Positions 60,179 through 64,000 of a stretch of 64,000 nt of DNA are shown piece by piece (within the stretch, counting starts at the first letter, position 1; the number at the start of each line of letters is the position of its first letter). The position numbers and the translations under genes are program-made. The notes beneath the pieces are model-generated. The model did no database searches. It had not been told where the DNA came from and worked only from the letters and a program-made list of their open reading frames with translations. Source of the DNA: Kiritimatiellaeota bacterium B1221 (lineage in GTDB: Bacteria > Verrucomicrobiota > Kiritimatiellia > SS1-B-03-39 > UBA6053); the NCBI GenBank assembly GCA_029269125.1, contig JARHXX010000011.1:1-64000 (forward strand), read 5' to 3'.

Positions 60179-60933
60179 GACAGATCCTCCTGGTGGCTGA
60201 AATTTCGTTCCAATGCGCGGGCCAATGCGGCATCCGCCTCTTCGGGTTTGGCTGAGCCGGAGGTAATGGCATTGCCTCCAAAAATGATTTCCTCTCCGGC
60301 AATCCGCACCAATTGGACTTTTTTACTTTCCCCAGGTTCAAAACGAACCGCAGTACCCGCGGCAATATCCAATCGCATGCCAAAGGCCTTTTTCCGATCA
60401 AAAACCAGACCGGCATTGGTTTCAAAAAAGGGATAATGGGATCCGACCTGCACCGGTCGATCCCCATGATTGGTCACTTCAATCTGCACGGTTTCCCGAC
60501 CCGCATTGAGTTCGATTTTATCTCGCGAAAATTTTCTTTCCCCTGGCAGACAACTCACAGCTGCTGCTCCCGGTTCGACCCTGCGGCTGAGACCCGAGCC
60601 ATACAGTACCAAGGCCGGATCCCCCTGTTCGCGACAGACAGGATCGTGAACAGTTACCAGTTTGGTGCCATCGGGAAATGTGCCCTCAACCTGTACTTCA
60701 TGCACGGTTTCCGCAACTCCCGGCATCACATCATCAAACCCTAGAAGCTGTTTGCCCTTATTCATTAACGCAGAAACCGGTTCACCGTCCCGAATAAATT
60801 CTAAAAGCTGGGTGGCGATCAGGGCCACCGTTTCCGGATGATTTAAGCGCACCCCGCGGGCATATCGTTTCTGGGCCAGAAAGCCCGCCTGATGCAACAT
60901 CAGTTTATCTGTATCTCGTGGGGATAGCCGCAT
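60175..60933 (-). CDS. ureAB: Fused urease gamma/beta subunit
   Basis: N-terminal UreA ([31 protein letters not shown]) joined to the UreB beta-domain. 252 aa. Confidence 0.9.
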   Translation of the reverse strand: MRLSPRDTDKLMLHQAGFLAQKRYARGVRLNHPETVALIATQLLEFIRDGEPVSALMNKGKQLLGFDDVMPGVAETVHEVQVEGTFPDGTKLVTVHDPVCREQGDPALVLYGSGLSRRVEPGAAAVSCLPGERKFSRDKIELNAGRETVQIEVTNHGDRPVQVGSHYPFFETNAGLVFDRKKAFGMRLDIAAGTAVRFEPGESKKVQLVRIAGEEIIFGGNAITSGSAKPEEADAALARALERNFSHQEDLS

Positions 60934-61036
60934 AGTCGCTCCGTAAGTTTTGGTTTGAAGGCTCTAACATAAGGATCACACCCGGACTGACAAGCCCGAA
61001 GCGTGATCCCTTTGATTTCATTTAAACGGTCTTCAC

Positions 61037-61999
61037 TTAGAAAGAAAAGATCATCTCTGCAGCATAGCTTTCGCCGTCGAGCGTGTCATCATCATAGTCA
61101 TCCGTACGCGCTTCAACCAGTACAAACAAGTTGTCGTTAATCGCATAGCTCGGACTGATCGTGAAGGCCGTATCTTCGTATCCGCTATCCAGTGAAACAC
61201 CGGAGGTGCGGATGGTCAGGGCAAATTTATCAGTGAATGCATAGTTGGCCATCACGAGGTATCCGTCCCCGTCACCATCCGCACCGCCAATTTCCATGAG
61301 CACATTGTATTCGGCAGCAACCGTCAACGCACCCGTGGTGTACTCCGCCCAGAAGTTGATAATGCCCTGATCATAGGACTCCGTTGCGGGTACATCATCC
61401 AGGGCTTCAACTCCGTCAAATTCCTGACTCGCATAACCGGCCTGTAAGGTCAGCCCTTCCACCGGAAACAGTTTTACCTGCGCTTCAACACTCAGACTTT
61501 CGGCATCCCCATCCGCATCATAAGATCCGTCGAGCACACTCAGGTACAAGCTAAATGCATCCGCTCCATACATAAGCGCGGCACCGTTTGAATATCCGGG
61601 ATAACCAATGATGGTTGCGGAATATGAATACTGCCACAGATCCACAGGTTCCGGACCTTCATATCCGAGAGCAGACAGGAAAAGACCGGCTTTGGTGGCG
61701 AATCCGCTTCCCAGATCCACTTCAATATAGGCCTGTTCCACTTCCATGCCATCCCCTAAATCGTTCAGGTCAATTCGGGCCGTGGTTCCGGTACCGAAAT
61801 CATACATCAGATCAATTTCCCACTGGTCCAAGCCCATGGAAGGATCCGTATCCGTATCATCCTCAACCGCATAAATCGACATATCCACAAAGCCGGTGGC
61901 GGTAAGACCTTCAGCCAGTTCAATATCCGCATATGCATTTACAGCAGCCAGCATGCCAGCAGCCGTAAGTACAGGAGTCATCATTTTTTTCATGTTCAT
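61037..61999 (-). CDS. Outer-membrane beta-barrel porin (Asp/Gly-rich, C-terminal Phe) located between the urt and ure genes
   Basis: Signal peptide. Alternating amphipathic strands. Terminal ..EMIFSF. Confidence 0.65.
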   Translation of the reverse strand: MNMKKMMTPVLTAAGMLAAVNAYADIELAEGLTATGFVDMSIYAVEDDTDTDPSMGLDQWEIDLMYDFGTGTTARIDLNDLGDGMEVEQAYIEVDLGSGFATKAGLFLSALGYEGPEPVDLWQYSYSATIIGYPGYSNGAALMYGADAFSLYLSVLDGSYDADGDAESLSVEAQVKLFPVEGLTLQAGYASQEFDGVEALDDVPATESYDQGIINFWAEYTTGALTVAAEYNVLMEIGGADGDGDGYLVMANYAFTDKFALTIRTSGVSLDSGYEDTAFTISPSYAINDNLFVLVEARTDDYDDDTLDGESYAAEMIFSF

Positions 62000-62042
62000 A
62001 TTTTTTCTCTTTTTTAGTATTCGTTATGGTTATGTTTCTTTT

Positions 62043-62753
62043 CTAAACACTTAGATACTGGTGGACCAGATCTTGTGTAAGCTCTTGGATAGAGCCGCCT
62101 GCCGAAATGGCCCCGCGGTTCATAATGTAAAAACGAGAGGAGATCTCGCGGACGAAATCGAGATACTGTTCCACGATAAGAATGGTCATCCCTTTTTCTT
62201 TTGCGAGCTGCTGCAGAATATCGCCGATTAGCTGAATAATATTGGGCTGAATCCCCTCAGTGGGCTCATCCAGCAACAGCAGTTGCGGATCCGTTGCCAA
62301 TGCACGCCCAATCGCCAATTGCTGCTGCTGCCCTCCGGAAAGATTCCCTCCCGCCCGTGCCCGCATATCGTAGAGCACAGGGAAATATTCATAAATTCCC
62401 TGCGGCACTTTTCGCAGGGTCACAGCCCGGGCTCCCAGGCCAATTTTAAGATTATCTTCGACGGTTAAGCGCGGAAAGATCTGACGGCCCTGCGGCACAT
62501 AACCCAACCCTCCTTTCACCCGGTCATGGGTCTGCATTTTCGTCATGTCATTACCGTCAAAAGTAATAGTGCCGCCATTCGATATATTTAGCCCCATCAG
62601 CGTTTTCAACAGAGTGGTTTTCCCCACCCCGTTTCGTCCCATGAGACTTACAACCTTTCCTTTCGGTACCGTAAAATCGACCCCTCTTAATGTGGCGACT
62701 TCCCCATATGCAAAAGTTAATCCCTCTACTTTCAATAAATTTTCAGCGTCCAA
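62043..62753 (-). CDS. urtE: Urea ABC transporter ATP-binding protein UrtE (LivF-like)
   Basis: Walker A GRNGVGKTT. LSGGQQQQLAIGRAL. Confidence 0.85.
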   Translation of the reverse strand: MDAENLLKVEGLTFAYGEVATLRGVDFTVPKGKVVSLMGRNGVGKTTLLKTLMGLNISNGGTITFDGNDMTKMQTHDRVKGGLGYVPQGRQIFPRLTVEDNLKIGLGARAVTLRKVPQGIYEYFPVLYDMRARAGGNLSGGQQQQLAIGRALATDPQLLLLDEPTEGIQPNIIQLIGDILQQLAKEKGMTILIVEQYLDFVREISSRFYIMNRGAISAGGSIQELTQDLVHQYLSV

Positions 62754-63552
62754 GGTAAGCCTCCTTTACTTCTTCATTTTCACGAACCGTATCCAGGCTC
62801 CCTTCAGCCAAAATTTGCCCTTCGTTAAATACGGTTACCCTCGCTTCGAGCTGGCGCACAAAATCCATGTCGTGTTCAATCACCACCACTGTGTGATCCC
62901 CCCGCAACTCCAAAAGCAATTCGGCGGTTAACACCGTTTCAGCATCGGTTAATCCCGCCGCCGGCTCATCCACCAACAGCAATTTCGGTCCTGCGAGAAT
63001 CAGGCTGCTAATCGCCAGCCATTGGCGCTGTCCATGACTTAAATATTTTGCCGGGGTATGCGCATCATCCGCCAGGCGGACCCGCTCCAGTTGATGAAAG
63101 ATCTTTTCTCGGTCATCAACGGAATGTTTATGGATCAGGTTCCTCCAGGGATTCTGATTTCCCGGCAAGGCCAATTCCATATTTTCAAAGGTCGTCAAAC
63201 TGTCGTACACTGTGGGCGTCTGAAACTTCCGCCCCACTCCCTTGAGGGCAATCGCCATTTCACTGAGCGATGTGATATCCTGCCCATCAAAATACACCTG
63301 TCCTGTTGTCGGTCGTGTCTTCCCGCTGACAATATCACAAAAGGTCGTTTTGCCGGCACCATTGGGACCGATGATCACCCGGAGCTCATTATGCTCAATT
63401 GCAAACGCGTGTAGGTCCAAGGCTTTAAAACCGTCAAAAACTGCAGTGATATTCTGTAAAGCCAAAATATATTTTTTGGCCCACAGGCTGTTCACATCCG
63501 GACATTCCATCGGGTAATTGATGGCATCAAACGCAGGCGGTGCGACACTCAT
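62743..63552 (-). CDS. urtD: Urea ABC transporter ATP-binding protein UrtD (LivG-like). The start is placed at MSVAPP.., adjacent to the urtC stop.
   Basis: GPNGAGKTT. LSHGQRQWLAISSL. The ORF-track start at 63789 would overlap urtC by 240 nt. Confidence 0.8.
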   Translation of the reverse strand: MSVAPPAFDAINYPMECPDVNSLWAKKYILALQNITAVFDGFKALDLHAFAIEHNELRVIIGPNGAGKTTFCDIVSGKTRPTTGQVYFDGQDITSLSEMAIALKGVGRKFQTPTVYDSLTTFENMELALPGNQNPWRNLIHKHSVDDREKIFHQLERVRLADDAHTPAKYLSHGQRQWLAISSLILAGPKLLLVDEPAAGLTDAETVLTAELLLELRGDHTVVVIEHDMDFVRQLEARVTVFNEGQILAEGSLDTVRENEEVKEAYLGR

Positions 63553-64000
63553 GCCTCCACCTCCTTCTTCCGTCCGATCGCCGGCATTTTCATATTTACC
63601 ACCCCGGTGGGAATCACCAACACCACTGCAATAAAGAGCAAACCAAGCAGAATCGGCCAAAAATCCGGACTCCATATCCGGACCGATCCAATGCTGATCG
63701 GTGAGGTGAGCCAACTGTAAATCAGGTTTACAAACAAAGCACCGATCACCGCACCGGTTAAGGTGCCCCGCCCTCCGACGGCCACCCATACCACAATCAG
63801 AATGGATTCAATCGGTGCCATATTTGAAGGGGTGATAATTTGCATTTGCGGCGTGTAAAGCATTCCCCCCAGTCCGGCAATCGCACCGGCAAACGCAAAC
63901 GCGATCATTTTGAAATGATGAGGTTTATAGCCCTGGAAACGCAACGCGGGTTCCGCATCCCGCACCGCAACCAAAATACGTCCGAACCGTGAATGCACCA
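63549..64000 (-). CDS. urtC: Urea ABC transporter permease UrtC (LivM-like), 3' portion; the gene continues beyond the window end
   Basis: Multi-TM C-terminal region. The reading frame stays open to the window edge. Confidence 0.7.
   Translation of the reverse strand, partial: VHSRFGRILVAVRDAEPALRFQGYKPHHFKMIAFAFAGAIAGLGGMLYTPQMQIITPSNMAPIESILIVVWVAVGGRGTLTGAVIGALFVNLIYSWLTSPISIGSVRIWSPDFWPILLGLLFIAVVLVIPTGVVNMKMPAIGRKKEVEA

Noticed and set aside
60950-61010. Hairpin (ggatcac..25 nt..gtgatcc) between the porin and ureAB genes as a terminator
   Set aside because: On the transcribed (minus) strand it is not followed by a U-run, and its loop is large. It is too weak to call.
62743-63789. Long-form urtD ORF (348 aa) overlapping urtC by 240 nt
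   Set aside because: The N-terminal 79 residues are low-complexity and non-homologous. Met at 63552 abuts the urtC stop and gives a standard LivG-like ATPase.

Overview
The window is a 64-kb chromosomal segment that looks verrucomicrobial or planctomycete-like. The evidence is four PEP-CTERM sorting-signal proteins, a prepilin-type N-terminal methylation plus H-X9-DG protein, and a 2232-aa delta-60-repeat giant secreted protein. Housekeeping genes are mixed through it: uvrA, sppA, pyruvate carboxylase, pyruvate kinase, glycerate kinase, a NUDIX hydrolase, tlyA, folB, zupT and deoC. A complete urease and urea-ABC-transporter locus sits at the 3' end: ureD, then ureG-ureF-ureC-ureAB, a porin, and urtE/D/C.

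The most interesting feature is a compact plus-strand module at 18.1-27.7 kb. It runs: phage-CII/CP76-like HTH regulator, PspA/IM30 (bacterial ESCRT-III-like), YqiJ/NfeD-like membrane protein, 660-aa flotillin (YqiK/FloT-like), a 1747-aa protein with a C-terminal AAA+ ATPase domain, and a small helical protein. A long hairpin terminator and a dispersed palindromic repeat flank it upstream. An array of four 14-bp palindromes plus a 15-bp tandem repeat flank it downstream.

A second membrane-microdomain cluster lies at 43.5-48.4 kb: a long NfeD protease, a short YuaF-like NfeD, a bactofilin-like membrane protein, FloA and a Pro-rich membrane protein.

Other unexplained sequence structure:
- a 79-bp tandem repeat at the window start;
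- a roughly 380-bp nested inverted-repeat element downstream of pyc;
- a three-copy dispersed repeat family at 17.9, 39.1 and 40.6 kb;
- an in-frame amber codon splitting a conserved DUF5684-like small membrane protein;
- a decayed DUF2961-like pseudogene.

Coordinates for features I placed myself may be off by 1-2 nt. My hand count from the printed sequence disagreed by one nucleotide with the ORF track for pyk and the DUF5684-like gene, so I used the ORF-track coordinates for those.
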